Assembly (NCBI RefSeq): GCF_963921235.1
Contig: NC_086108.1
Location: 84,632,001-84,696,000 of the forward strand
DNA length: 64,000 nucleotides
DNA from: Mobula hypostoma
Lineage: Eukaryota
Direction: 5' to 3'
Made by a program: the position numbers and the translations under genes. This document shows positions 36,573-50,316 of the stretch, one piece after another. The notes beneath the pieces are model-generated. The model was not told the origin of the DNA, did no database searches, and was given only the letters and a program-made list of their open reading frames with translations. Every line of letters starts with the position of its first letter. Position 1 is the stretch's first letter.

Positions 36573-37329
36573 CTATTGAAAGAAAACAGAAGAAATGGTA
36601 GATAAGGGGGAAAAAAAAATAAAGAGTTAATTGCATTAAAACATTTAATCAGAATCCAAAGGACTTTTTTTGCTGCCATGGTCAACAAGAAAATAGCAAC
36701 TATCAAAGTTTCAAGAGCAGATATTTGGCAATGTTACATTAAATCACTGAATTTGCTGGAATCAATGCAAATGTTAAAAGATCATAAATGGAAACTGTTC
36801 TATCAGCAATTCTTATGGTAATAAAAAATTGTATTCATCAGTTAAAATAGCTTAAGCTATCAAATGGTATTATTTGCTAAAACAGCAAACTGTGAGTACA
36901 TGATACTTTTTTAAACCATAAATGATGCATGCTTCATTATGCCACAACATATTTCAGAAATTTTATAATCAACTCACAAAAAGTAAAGTTGAAGAAAATT
37001 GCCTGAAAAACTCATTAAACACAATTCAGGTGATCATGCAATCGTCTCAACGCAAGTTTCCTCAAAATGGAAATATTCCAGCAAGAAAATGCAACTGACC
37101 CCCAAAACATTACATTGATAATGCTCCACATAACAAGATCTCTTTGCTATTTTCTATGGAATAGGACAGATATAACTGAAAACAAGGAGAAAAATTCTTT
37201 AAAAACACAGGAGAACTATTCTAGAAGACCTACTAAAAATAGAATACAATACTGAAACCATTGTTCTTCAGTTATAGAGGGCATTGGTAAAAGTACATCC
37301 AGTTAAAGGCCAATTATCAACATGCAGCA

Positions 37330-37432
37330 GCAAGCAACACACACAGAATGCTGGAGGAACTCAGCAGGCCAGGCAACATCTACGGAAAAGAGTACAGTCG
37401 CCGTTTCAGTCCGAGACCATTCATCAGGGCCC
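37330..37432 (-). mobile_element. Penelope pLTR mini-insert with mutated hammerhead
   Basis: Minus strand CTGATGA-atggtctcggact-GAAA-CGGC-GACT; cleavage triplet is GGC rather than GTC. Confidence 0.75.
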
Positions 37433-38716
37433 TTCGTGCAGCATCAATCTGTGCACTCAAAGCTTAAAGCTGCTGTAGAGGGATCTATTTCAAAAGAGAT
37501 AAAGACTAGTTTCCGCTGGTGATGTTTCAATGAATACTATTTGTCAAAGGAAATCCCAATATTTCATATAGCCATATGAATAGAGGAGGCCATAGCTTTT
37601 TGAATCTGCTCTGGCATTTAATAAGACGAATACCATGGTTGATCTGCTGGTAACCACACACCCTCCTCTTCCGACCCCTTCATCTGCATGTCTACCAAGA
37701 ACCTATCTACTTCTGCCTTGAAAATGCTCAGATGTTGCTTCCACTATCTTTGAGAAGTTCAAGAGTCATGATCTCTCAAACAAACTGCACCTCATGCCGT
37801 AAATGGATTGCTTTAAAAAAAAACCAAGTAACCTTTCTAAATTCTGTCACACAAGAAAACATCTTTTCCACATCCAAGATCACCTTACTATTTGAAATGC
37901 CATTGGTTACGAGCGTAGCCTGTCCAACCTTGCCTGAAGACATCCACACATTCCAGCTATTAAGTCTCACTCAGTGAAGGTTTACTATTTCCAGCATTAT
38001 TAAGATCCTTTCTCAAATAAGGACACCAGTAGGATAACAGTATTCCAGATGAACCTCCTGTCTATAACTGAAGAATAAGACCACCCACCTACCACGACAT
38101 TTATAATTTCCTGTCAACACCCATGTATACATAGTCTGGCACTCAATGTCACTTTATGTACAATCATTCTATGTGTATAAGCTACCCTTACGTACTTAAA
38201 TTTATTGTTTTTTTTAAAGATTGTTCTCTATGGTTATTTTGTTTTTTTTAAAAATGGTACCTCGGATTCACAGTAAGAATCATTTTGCTCTCCTTTAGAT
38301 TTGTGTACTGAAGAACGACAATCTTGAATCTTTCTTAATTTGTTCTACTTAGCATTCTTCAAATAATACAGTAATACAATCTCCCCCCCAACTCAAAGCT
38401 CTGCAAACAATTTATATTGAATGCTTTTTTTATTTCTATTCCCTGACAAAATCAACAACTGCACATCTTTTCTCCATCATATTCCATCTGCCAGGTTTCT
38501 GCCTTCTCACTCAACCCATTGCCTATGTAACCTTCTTCGGTTACCACCCATCTGTATCATAACAAGTTTAGCAGCTCATTCCTGCTATCAGTTGAGACTC
38601 AATGGGCAGGGAACTTTTTTCCCCAAATACCTTACTGTTCCTGTCAATACTTAATAACATTCAATAGATATACAAAGATAAGAAATTTCATAAAACTGAA
38701 GAATATTTTAAAGGCT

Positions 38717-39366
38717 GGGGGGAGGAGAAGATGGTGGTGCGACGCAGCAGCCACTCCGGTGAAATGATATCTGTTATCTGTCAGGTAGGGTGCCGTGCAC
38801 AATCGTGATTTGATGGAGTCAGACACGAGAGCATGGAGGAACATCTGGAGAAACTTCTGAAATGCCTGTTTCGCTGCCGCTGCTACTGTGTGATCCAGAA
38901 TCTCCAGAGGGGAAGGCCCCGAGTCCTCGGCTTTGCTTGTTGCTTGGCAGCCCGGACGGGGTCGAAGCACTCGGCAGAGATGGTGCTCGGGGTTGGAGGT
39001 TCAAAGTTTTCGGACAGACTCAGAGTCGGCTGTGGTCGGGTGCTTCTAATGCATCGGCAGTTGTCAGCACCTGGAGGTTTATGGCAGGGGGAGTTTCTCC
39101 CTTTTGCCACCTGCTATTGGGACTATCGGAAGTTGATCGGAACTTTGAGACCTTTTTTTTTTACCATGTCCATGGTCTGTTCTTTTATCAAATTATGGTA
39201 TTGCTTTGCACTGCTATAACTATATGTTATAATTATGTGGTCTTGTCAGTGTTAGTCTTCGGTTTCCTTTTTTTTGTGATATCACTCTGGAAGAACATTG
39301 TATCATTTCTTAATGCATGCATTTCTAAATGACAATAAACGAGGACTGAGTGTCCTCATAATCTAA
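38717..39366 (+). mobile_element. Non-coding, probably non-autonomous retroelement with LINE-like 5' head and Rex/RTE-like 3' tail
   Basis: GC-rich start with aagatgg (also at 47127); ends atgacaataaa plus aatct repeats. Confidence 0.55.
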
Positions 39367-39841
39367 AAAAAAATCTAAAGAATAGCCAAAATGCAAAGGC
39401 AGACTATTATTAATGGAAAAAGTACTTCGCAGTGACTGATTCTTTACACCAAATTGCCAGCAGAGGGGGGAAAACAGTCACACAGAAACTCCCCACATCT
39501 TATCAACTGAGAAATTATGGGTTTGTACATTCATTCAAGAGTATTTCACAAATTTATAGTAAACAGAGAATCAATCACTGCAATGACACTCTTTTCCAAT
39601 GGTGATACAACAGTGGCCTTTATCTAAAAAATACTTTACAACAACTTGAAAACATCTCACAAATTTAGAACCATTACTTTTTGCATAATCCATGGTCGTT
39701 TTTCAAACTTAAATTTGAGGAACTCTCAATTTTCCAATAAAACTAGTTATAATCTTCTATTTTCCAGTGTTAAATCTTTATGATAAAAGGAATCTATAAT
39801 CTGAATCAAACACTGGAGAGGAAATGAAAAAATATTCCAAC

Positions 39842-40020
39842 CTGGTTTAACTGGAAGAGGGCACAAATGGAACAGTGTGGTACTAGCTGTGCCAATGTAC
39901 TGTTGTACTCTCGTTCTGCGAGAAAGTTCTGGGGACGATTTTGCCAAAGATGAGCAAGTGGTTTAGCCCACGGTTCTGACTCCATTGGGTCATCTTCTAC
40001 TGCCAACAGGTCTGGCATTT
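39842..40020 (-). CDS. KDM4A: Exon (E)MPDLL...WAKPLAHLWQNRPQNF...HCSICALFQLNQ
   Basis: cag acceptor, CAG|gttgga donor, 179 nt, phase 1 to 0. Confidence 0.92.
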
Positions 40021-40174
40021 CTGTCACAAAAGGTTAACATCAAGTTAAAATCCACTAAACAGGTTTTGAATTTTAAAAAGTACAAATCAAATACTTTTGA
40101 CAATCTGATATCCCGAAGGCTTTCCTTGCTATTATTTCTTCCACCTCCCAATCATTCTCCAATTAGTTCCTAGT

Positions 40175-40920
40175 TTGAAGACAGAATAAAATATTAATGG
40201 TAAGACTCTTGGCAGTGTGGAGGATCAACGAGATCTTGGGGTCTGTATCCATAGGACACTCAAAGCTGCTGCGCAGGTTGACAATGTTGTTAAGAAGCCA
40301 CATGTGGTGTCAGCCTTTGTCAACCAAGGGACTGAGTTCAAGAGCCGTGAGATAATGTTACAACTATATAAGACCTTAATTAGACCCCACTTGGAGTAAT
40401 GTATTTAGTTCTGGTCACCTTACTACTATAGTGATGTGGATACTATAGAGAGAGTGCAGAGGAGACTTACAAGGACATTGCCTAGGTTGGAGAGTTTACC
40501 TTATGACAATAGGTTGAGTGAACTTGGCCTTTCCTCCTTGGAGTGACGGAAGATGAGAGGTGACCTTATTGCGGTGTACAAGATGATGAGAGGCATTGAT
40601 CATGTGAAGGCTTTTTCCCCGGACTGAAATGGCTAACACAAGGGGGCATAGTTTTAAGGTGCTAGGAAGTAGATACAAAGAGGATGTCAGAGGTAGGTGC
40701 TTCACACAGAGAGTGGTGGGTGCACAGAATGCACTGCCAGTGAAGGTGACAGAGGCGGATACAATAGGATCTTTTAAGAGACTCTTAGATAGGTACCTGG
40801 AGCTTAGAAGAATAGAGGGCTTTGCGGTAGGGTAATTCTTGGCAGTTTCATGAGTAGGTTACATGGTTGGCACAACATTGTGGGCCAAGGGACCTGTAAT
40901 GTGTTGTGGATTTCTATGCT
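40175..40920 (+). mobile_element. CR1 3' fragment
   Basis: EDQRDLGV, LYKTLIRPHLE and TRGHSFKV motifs. Confidence 0.85.
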
Positions 40921-41164
40921 TCACCTCCTAACTTGCACGTTATAATCAGAACTCATGGAAAGTTTCACATAACCAATTTTCCAGGTTGTCCCATCAAAAA
41001 TGGCCAGTCCAAGGAAAGGTCAACCTACAGTGTTAAATCCATTTCTCTCCACAGATGCCGGCCTGATCTGCTGAGTTTAAGGCCTAATTTGTTGGGTATT
41101 TTAGAGGATCTCTCCTGGGTCCAGCCCATACCTACCATTACAAAGCAACTCTAACTTCTTAGAA

Positions 41165-41815
41165 GTTTACAAAGATTCACCATGCCATCTAAAACTTTTA
41201 CAAACTTCTATAGATATGCAGTGGAGAGTATAATGATTGGTTGCATTTTGGTCTAGTATGGAAATACCGATGACATTGAAAGGAAAAGCAAGCGCAAAGT
41301 AGTGGATACAGTCCAGTCTATCACAGGTAAAGCCCTCCCCAGCACTGAGTTCATCTACAAGAAGTGCTGTTGGAAGAAAGCAGCATCCATGATCCAAACT
41401 ATGCTCTTTTCCTGTTGCTGCCATCAGGAAGGAGGTATAGGAGCCTCAGGACCCACACCACCAGGATCAGGAAGAGCTATTACCCCTCATCTCTCAGGCT
41501 CTTGAACCAGAGGGGACAACTTCACTCATCTTAACACTGAGTTGTTCCCACAACCTATGGACTCACTTTCGAGGCCTCTATCTCATGTTCTTGCAATTGA
41601 TAGCTTATTTATGATTACTTTGTTTCTTTTTTTTACTTTTTGCATTTGCACATATGTTGTCCTTTGTACACTGGTTGTTGTGTGCACATTTTTATTGATT
41701 CTATTGTGTTCCTATATATTTCCTGTGAATGCCCACAAGAAAATGAATCTCAGGGTAGGACAATAGATAGTGATATACATGTACTTCGATAATAAATTTA
41801 TTTTGAACTTTGAAT
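41165..41815 (+). mobile_element. Decayed Rex/Babar-like 3' fragment
   Basis: aacttctatagatatgcagtggagagt RT C-terminal motif; tail aataaa...(tttgaac)n. Confidence 0.7.
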
Positions 41816-42539
41816 TACCACCATTACTTGTTTTTACTTTAAGAATCTGGAAACTACAGGCTTTTATAACTTAACAGTTCCAACATCACTTTTCCTCCCC
41901 TCTTTCATACTTGTATCTCCTCCAGATTATCCACCTACAAATAAGACCAGGAGCAGAATTAGGCCATTTGCCCATCAAGTCTGCTCTGCCATTCCATTAT
42001 GGCTGATTCATTATCCCTCTCAACCCCAAAAATTAGAACCTTTGATCGTCTCCTAGCTGGCACCACTGTTTACATCACGCTCCCATTTCCCACCCCATCA
42101 CAGACATTCCTTTTATTTAATATATCCTACCCCTACTACGCAATTTAAAACATACTCACTTTCCAGCAATAACCTGCTGGGGAATCTCAGCAGGTAAGCA
42201 GCAGCAGTAGAGAGGAAAAGGAATGGTTGACAGAGTAGTCCTGCATTGCCAGTCCCATTCTCCTCTTTATACTGGGCAGCTTCCCTTTCAGTCCTAATTC
42301 TGGGGTTTTAACCAAAAACACTGACAATTCTTCCACCTCTCCCACCAATGCTGCCTGCCTCACCAATTCGGATAAAAAATTATCAATCCATAATGCTAAA
42401 GTTATGTTTGTACAAAACTAAATTTACAGTTCATATTTTGGTACTAACGAGCATAAGGCAACATGAAAGATCAAACAATGGCAAGAAGTTAAAATTTTAA
42501 GTTTCTTGGTAACAAGTATAATTGTTTCTGTTACTGAAT

Positions 42540-43270
42540 CTTAGAGTACAAATTAGTCTAATGCAGAACCTCTTCCCTCACCACCATTCAAGACCCCAAA
42601 CAGTCCATTCAGCAAGTCTGTCATGTTCCTCAATTGTATCTGCTGCTTCCAGCGTGGCCTTCTCTACATTGGTGAGACCCGACAGAGATCGGGGGAACAC
42701 TTTATTCATTACCTGCGCAAGATCTCCCAGTGCTAGCCATTTCAATTCAGCTTTCCATTCCCTATCTGACATGTCTATCCATGCCCTCCTCTACTGCCAC
42801 AAGGAGGAGCAACACCTCATATTCTTTCTGGGTACTCACCAACCTGATGGAATAAACATCGATTTCTCCAACTTTTGGTAATTTAAACTAACCCCTCTCC
42901 TCTCTTTTTCCTTTATCCATTCTGGTTACCTTTTCTCCCCATTTTCTTCTCTCCACTTCCCCACAAACTCCCACTGGCTCCCCTCCTCCTTCCCTATCTT
43001 CCACTGTTCTCTATTAGATTCCTTCTTCAGCCCTTTATCTCTTTCACCTAACCCCTCCCAGCTTCTTATTTCACCCACCCACCTACCTCACCTGGTCTCA
43101 TCTAGCATTTGCTAGATTGTACTTCTCCTCCACTACCTTATTCTGGCTTCTACCCCCTTCCTTTCCTGTCACGATGAAGGGCTTGGCCTGAAACATTGAC
43201 TATTTATCCTCCTCCATAGATGCTGCCTGACTTAGAGTTCCTCCAACATTTTGTGGGTGTTGCTCAAATT
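42540..43270 (+). mobile_element. Decayed Penelope fragment: GIY-YIG remnant, 3' UTR and degenerate hammerhead
   Basis: ASHFNS...SDMSIHALLYC...EEQHLIF...QPDGINIDFSNF; cacgatga...gaaacattgac at about 43170-43200. Confidence 0.85.
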
Positions 43271-43330
43271 CCAAAGACATGCTTTCACAGCAAAGCCATT
43301 TGATTGAGACTGCTAACCCTTTTTACAAAC

Positions 43331-43454
43331 CTTCATCACTGACACAGTCCTTTACAACAGCAAGGGGATGGTGCCGTGGTGGTTTACTGAGAGGCTGACG
43401 TCGACTTTTTGCCTTCTTCTTGGATTTCATTTCCTTCATATATTGCTCTGCCAT
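43331..43454 (-). CDS. KDM4A: Linker exon MAEQYMKEMKSKKKAKSRRQPLSKPPRHHPLAVVKDCVSDE
   Basis: tag acceptor, G|gtttgt donor, 124 nt, phase 0 to 1. Confidence 0.92.
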
Positions 43455-44949
43455 CTAGGAAATGAAGAAATGTGGAATTGTAACATTTCCTCAATTCAGA
43501 AGGTTATATAGCAGCTGGAAAACCAGAACATTTTGGTAACAAGTATAATAATTATGTTTGTCAACATGTCCTTTTTTTGCAAGTCTTCAGTTGGCAAATA
43601 ATTTAAACAAAATTCAAATGGAAAACCCATGGAATTATGGAAATGGGGTCACAATGTGGCAAGAATCCTGGCATTCAATCCATCTTCAGAGATACACTGG
43701 TATCTTTCAGAAAGAATCCAACAAGTGCTAATGATTATATGCATTTTATAACATAGAGTGAAGGGACAAAGGACAAAAGCATTCAGCACACCAGATCCAA
43801 GCTGATATTTTGCATTCCAGAAGGTTCCTCCAAATACACTCATCCAACTTCTCCACATTTCTCCCCCATTCCTTTCCCTAGCTTCCCTCAAGATGTTGAG
43901 GTGACAAGTAGGTACAATTTGATAGCTCCACATTAGCAAATTAAGCAGAAAAGGCTCGGTCTGAATTCCATACTGGATTTATCAGAGTATTTTTGTACCA
44001 CTAACTGTTAACTCTGATTTCTACAAAGTAAACATCTTTTCGAAATTATTCCCAAACTTCCCTAAATTTTCAAATCCTTCCACGATGTTTTCTTGCAAAA
44101 GTAGTTCATGCAGTAGTTCATCCATCGCAAAATAAGAAGATAGCTTTCCAGTTCCAGTATCGCCTTAGTTGCAGCTGTCTAAAAACTACCTAGGAAACTG
44201 ATTTTCATACAAGGCCAGAAGTATGCACAAAATTGAGAACTTGGTATATTCAAGATCAATTGAACTTAAAAAAATCAACCCTCCAAAAATAGACAATGAT
44301 TTACTTACTATTTTTGTTGATATTTTTACCTTCAGCTCCACTGCCGTACAGATTTGATGGCACCTAGAGCAGGCATTTCAGCTGATATTAACACCCAAGA
44401 TGATTTATTATTTGGACTCAGTTGTGCAATTGGGTTATGCAAATATCACAAGTTGGTCCAAATGGTGTTCCAGAATTGATCCTTCTAGGCAACTATTTCT
44501 TGTTCTTTCTGGCAAAAAGTAACTACATATTTTCTTAACCTATTTTTAAACTAAATTCTAAACTTTATCTATATTAAAAATATTCTATATTTTTAAGGAT
44601 TAGATTATAACCCTTTGAAAGAAGAATAAAAGGTTGAATATACATATAACATTCCAAAAACATTACCCAATGAAAACACTATCACCTGGAACAACATTCA
44701 TAAAAAGGACTCACACTTATTCTGTGGGTCTTTTGAAAAGTTAATCAATTTAAAAATAACTGTTTACACAGATTACTTCAACCTAACATTGATTCACTCA
44801 ATGGATTCTTGAGTAATTTGCTCTCCAAAAAACCAAGTTCTCAAAAATATGAGTCAGTTTGATGCACATAATTTTGGGTTAATTGCTCAAGATTTAGAGC
44901 ATAAGTGAAGTGCAATCAAGTAGTATGAAATTACTACATCTATGATTAC

Positions 44950-45233
44950 CTCTGCAAGGTCTTGTTCATTGAGACTAGTTCCAACATTGGTTTTAGCTGG
45001 TTCACCCCAATCTGGACTATTATCAGAGTCTTCAGCAGCACTCTCTTGACTTGAGCTCTGACTGCTTGTGGTTTCGGAATCAGATGAGCTGGAGTCTGAG
45101 GATTTCACAGAAGCGGAAGTACTTTGAGAATGAACCGCCACAGAGAAGTTTAACACAGTGACAGCGGTGTCTGCTGAGGACAAAGTTGGCTTCAGTCTCA
45201 GCTTCTCCTCTTGTGAAGCATTTTCAACTTTAA
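44950..45233 (-). CDS. KDM4A: Ser-rich linker exon (V)KVENASQEE...SSDSETT...NEQDLAE
   Basis: cag acceptor, GAG|gtaatc donor, 284 nt, phase 1 to 0, open frame. Confidence 0.85.
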
Positions 45234-46219
45234 CTGTGGCAGATTCAAATTAAATGCATTACTAATAAAAATGTGATAAAGATGAAAGGAACACAAGAAT
45301 AAAAAAACTGCACAGGTTCTACAAATGTGATATAAAAACCAAACCTTCACAGACCATGGAGATATGATGGAATTTAAAATAGTGATGTGTGAAATAACAA
45401 TGCATCATTAGGTATGATCATGTCAGGGCAAGGGAGTGAATCACAAGTACCAATATTTACATTTCTCATCATTGGAGGTAAAACTCACACCCTGGCCATT
45501 TACCAAGGAGCATTAACAGGAAGAACACCTCAACCTTGCCAATGAAGGGTATATAGGAAATGTTAAGAGTAGAAATGGGGAGCTGAGACTTGGGGACGAA
45601 ATAGATGAACAATAAAAGAGAACAGGCCAAGTTGCTCTCAAGACCTTGGAAAAGCTACCTGGGCTGGGCTGAAAACTTCAAATACTAGGAAGCCTGTGCA
45701 TCAATGTTAAAATTGAACTTCCATTTAAAAGCTGTTTATGTCTACAGCATTGGGAATTTTGCACTCACACATCCCTTCCCATTTTAACACCCAATTCATT
45801 TTATCCTAGCACTGGAGTGTAATATTTATAGAGATGTTTGTACAGGACATAAATGGCCTTTTTAGCCCACAATGCTAACTGCAGCTCTATTTCTGCCTTT
45901 CTATTCTAATCCCACTTACCCACACTAGATCAGTATCCTTCTACGCACTGCCTATTTAATCTACCTCCAACATCTTCTCTGGCTGTGAGTTTCAGGCCTC
46001 AACCACCACTTAAATAACCCACACCCCTCAAAACCCCTTTAACACTTATTCTCTCACATTGAACCTCTGCCCACACATTTTTGATATCCTTACCATGGGA
46101 GAAAAATTCTAACTACCCTAAATTGTCCCTCATAATTCAAGAAACAAAACAGGAAGATTATATATTTTTTCCTTTAATAACACACACAGCAACAGGAAAG
46201 GATACCATGAATATTTTAC

Positions 46220-46425
46220 CTGAAATATTAGGACTGGCATCACTAGTTTTAAGTTCACAGTATTCCTCTTCCTTTTGCTGCTTCCCTTTATACTCTTCAC
46301 TATTACCATGTACTACAGGATTAACGGCGTCATCGTCTTTGAGGATCGTAGCATTATCATTCATCTCTTCTGGCAACTCCAGACAAACCTTGTGTCTCTT
46401 TGTTCCTATTCGATGTTTTATTGGG
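46220..46425 (-). CDS. KDM4A: Linker exon (S)PIKHRIGTKRHKVCLELPEE...SPNIS
   Basis: Pyrimidine tract plus cag, G|gtaaaa donor, 206 nt, phase 2 to 1. Confidence 0.88.
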
Positions 46426-47124
46426 CTGGAAATGAAAAAAACTGTTTATTATGCAAAAAACACTATTAAAATGCCTACTCTCATCAACAAAAGCACGAAG
46501 CAGCTCTTCACTCAATAGCATTTCCTCACTTTTCCCACACCACCTGGCCCCTTTCCTCCACTGAGATACATAATACAGTGGTTTTTTTAACTATTTTATC
46601 CAGCAGAAAGCAAATTCCCCAAAATTCTGATACCACATTTTATGGTTATTACCAAATCTGTACTAACAACAGTGAGCAGAATTAATTAATAGATTTTGCC
46701 AACATTTGTTCAATCAAATAAAACAGGAAAGTATTTCAAGAAGACAGCTATTATATAGATGACTTGGCTACCTCTGGGGAAAAAAAAACAAAATATGGAA
46801 AAATTCGAAGTATTCAGAGATCTAAAGTGTCTCTTCACATTGCCATTCCATCCTATAAAGTTTTTTTCCCCTATTGTTGAAATTGCAGTGTTGAAATAAT
46901 TTCAAGCTTGTACCAGAGCATTCCTGCAGAGAGGTCTAATACCCTACCATTTCCTAAAAAGCACCAAAGGCACAATATGGTAAATATTTCAAAATTTGTA
47001 TGGATTAAAAAAAATATTTAACCTTTGCTTCAGGGGAAGTAACTCTTATCTTCAGCTACTGCCCAATATGCTAAATGTGCTCAGTTAAGAAGAAAGTAAT
47101 TCCAGCTCAGAATAATAATTTCAA

Positions 47125-50100
47125 ACAAGATGGTGTCGCAAACAGCGGCCATACCAACTTTACAGTGTACTACTGATTTCTGCAATTTCCATCCCATTTC
47201 TTTTTAAAATGCTAATAATCACATTAGATATGATCGACTGACTTTTCTGAACATTGGGAAGACGGCATTTACCCGCAATGTCCCGCCTTTTCTACACTGG
47301 GAACCTCTGTTTACATGATCCACGGGAGGCTTATTTATTACACCACTCTTACCTCGTAACATGGTGCTGAAGGCAAGAGAGAAGGGCCGGCATCCTGGTG
47401 AGGTTGAGACGGCATGCTAATTGGCCGCCGTTCCCTAATGTACTCCTGGCTACCGCTCCGTTACTGGACAACAAGCTGTGCGAACTGAGAGCCAGAATCT
47501 CCTATCAGCGGGAAACAAAGGAGTGTAACATTTTGTGCTTCGTGGAAACCTGGTTGACAGAGGAGATACTGGATCATGCCATCAAGTCCTCTGGGTGCTC
47601 CCTGTTCCAGGCAGATAAGTCTAAAAACCTCTTTGGAAGAGCAAAGGTGGGGTATCCTTCACAGTCAATAATGCTTGGTGCAACCCCCGAAATGTTCATG
47701 CCCTCAAATCCTTTTGTTCCTCAGATCTGGAGTACCTTGTGCTGCTGTGTAGACTTTATTGGCTGCCTAGGGAGTCCACTGTTGTTATTATCACAGCTGT
47801 GTATATTCCGCCACAGACTGATACTGACCTGGCTCGGCTCTCAAGGAACTGTACGAAACCATCAGCACCCTGGAGACTCTACACCCGGAGGCTGCTTTCA
47901 TCGTCGCCGGAGACTTTAATTGAGCGTCCCTGACTAAAGTCTCTCCAAAGTTTTGTCAACACATCCAGGTGAGTAAACGGAGATAGTATACTCAAACAAC
48001 AGGAATTCTGCAGATGCTGGAAATTCAAGCAACATACATCAAGGTTGCTGGTGAACGCAGCAGGCCAAGCAGCATCTATAGGAAGAGGCGCAGTCGACGT
48101 TTCAGGCCGAGACCCTTCGTCAGGACTAATATAAGATAGTATCCTCGACCACTGCTACTTTCCCTTTTGCAGTGCTTACAAAGTGCTCCACCATCCACCG
48201 CTTGGAAAGTCTGATCACTCCTTCATCCTGCCTCTGGACACTTACAGGCAGAAGTTGAAACAAGAGGCGATCATAGTTAAAACGTTCCACTGTTGGACTG
48301 ACCAATCAGTCTCCATGCTACAGGACTGCTTTGATGATGTCAACTGGAATATCTTCCGTGATGAAGATATATCCGAGTTCATGGAAGGGGTCACAAGCTT
48401 CATCCAGAAGGACAGAGGATGTTGTCCACCCTCCCCCCCTAAAAAAAAATCGGTCAGGGTCTATCCAAACCAGAAACCCTGGATCAACAGCTCCGTGCAC
48501 GCTGCACTTACAGCATGAGACAGAGCATTCACTGCTGGTAACCACCAGGAACTCAAGAAATGCAGCTATGATCTACACTAAGTCATCAAGGCAGCAAAAC
48601 GACAATACAGGAACAAGTTCCAGACATAACTCTCCACCAACAACACCCACAGCCTATGGCAAAGTGTACACACCATCAGAGACTTCAAAGCTAAATGCAG
48701 CGGTGCCACTAACATTACTGCCTCTCTCCCAGACAAGCTAAATTGTTTTTACACTTGGTTCGATGCCACCAAAAATGAGTCCCCGAGGAGAGCTGCCGAT
48801 GTGACCTGCACCGTGGCCATCTCTGATGCTGAAGTACGCAGGTGCTTCCAACGAGCGGACAGCCACAGGGCTGTGGGACCGGACAGCATCTCTGTGCGGA
48901 TACTCGAAAAGTGCACCGCACAACCAGCTGGCATGTCTGCAGACATTTTAATCTCTCCCTCTCCCAGTGTAAAGTGCCCTCCTGCTTCAAAACATCCACC
49001 ACTGTCCCTCTACCTAAAAAGACCCAGGTAACATATCTGAACAACTGGTGTCCTGTCACACAACTCAATAATAAGCAAACGCTTTGAGAGGCTGGTCAAG
49101 GACTACATCTGCAGCATGCTACCGCCCACACTGGACCCCGTACAATTCACCTACCGACACAACCGATCGACAGATGACACAATAGCCACAGTTCTTCACA
49201 CCATTCTTACACACCCGGAGAAGAGGGATGCTGATGTGAGAATGCTGTTCTTGGGACTACAGTCCAACATTCAACACCATAATTCCCTCCAGGCTTGACA
49301 AGAAGCTCAGAGACCTTGGCCTTCAAGTCCAAGACCAACTGCCTTGTGCAGTTGGTCTTGGACTTAGTGTCAGATCGCTGGAAGGTGGTAAGAGTGGGCT
49401 CCCTCACCTCTGTCCCTCAGGACTGTGTCTTACTCCTTTATTCTCTGTATACCTATGACTGTGTTGCCACCCACAGCTCCAATCTCCTAATTAAATTTGC
49501 TGACAACACGACACTGATTGGCCTAATCTCAAATAGTAACAAGGCAGCCTTACAGAGAGGAGGTCATCACTCTGACACAGTGGTGTCAAGAAAACACTTC
49601 TCTCTCAATGTTGCAAAAACAAAGGAGCTAGTTGTGGACCACAGGAAGAATGGAGACAGGGTAACCCCTATTGACATCAATGGATCTGGGGTTGAGAGGG
49701 TGAACAGCTCTAAGTTCCTCGGTATACACATTACTGAGGACTTCACTTGGTCTGTACATACTGGCTATGTGGTGAAAAAAGCACAATAGCTCCTCCTTCA
49801 CCTCAGATGGCTGAATAAGTTTGGCATGAGTCTCCAAATCCTTAGGACTTTCTACAGAGGCACAATTGCGAGCAGCCTGACTGGCTGTATCACTGCCTGG
49901 TATGGGAACTGTATTTCCCTCAATCGCAGGACTCTGAAAGAGTGCTGCAGACAGCCCAGCACATCTGTGGATGTGAACTTCCCACTATTCAGGACATTTA
50001 CAGCGACAGGTGCGTAAAAAGGGCCTGAAGGATCATTGGGGTCACCCCAACGACAAACTGTTCCAACTGCTACCATCCAGGAAACGGTACTGCAGCATTA

Positions 50101-50312
50101 AAGCCAGGACCAACAGGCTCCAGGGACAGCTTCTTCCACCAGGCCAGACTGATTAATTTACGCACTTATATTTCTAAGCTATATTGTCAGTTCTGTTGTA
50201 CGTCTTAATGCACATACTATTTATTACAAATTACTATAATTTGCACATTGTACATTCAGAGACGTAACAAAGATTTTTACTCATGTTTGCGAATGATGTA
50301 AGAAATAGAGTC
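47125..50312 (+). mobile_element. Full-length decayed Rex1/Babar-like LINE
   Basis: LCFVETWL, GKSDH, NQKPW, GPDSI, HNRSTDD and IKFADNTT motifs; many frameshifts. Confidence 0.88.
47994..48133 (-). ncRNA. Penelope pLTR mini-insert with intact hammerhead (48092-48127), nested in the Rex LINE
   Basis: Core identical to 458-493; 13-bp TSD agatagtat(a/c)ctc at 47981-47993 and 48134-48146. Confidence 0.85.
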
Positions 50313-50316
50313 TTAC

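Noticed and set aside
42170..42365. Further degenerate pLTR-like segments (also near 26020-26100, 29200, 41030, 51150)
   Set aside because: Too decayed to call confidently; hammerhead core boxes are not intact.
42506..43549. 17-nt direct repeat ttggtaacaagtataat (42506-42522, 43533-43549) as a TSD
   Set aside because: It encloses a conserved host exon, so it cannot be a simple insertion TSD; probably an old local copy or chance.
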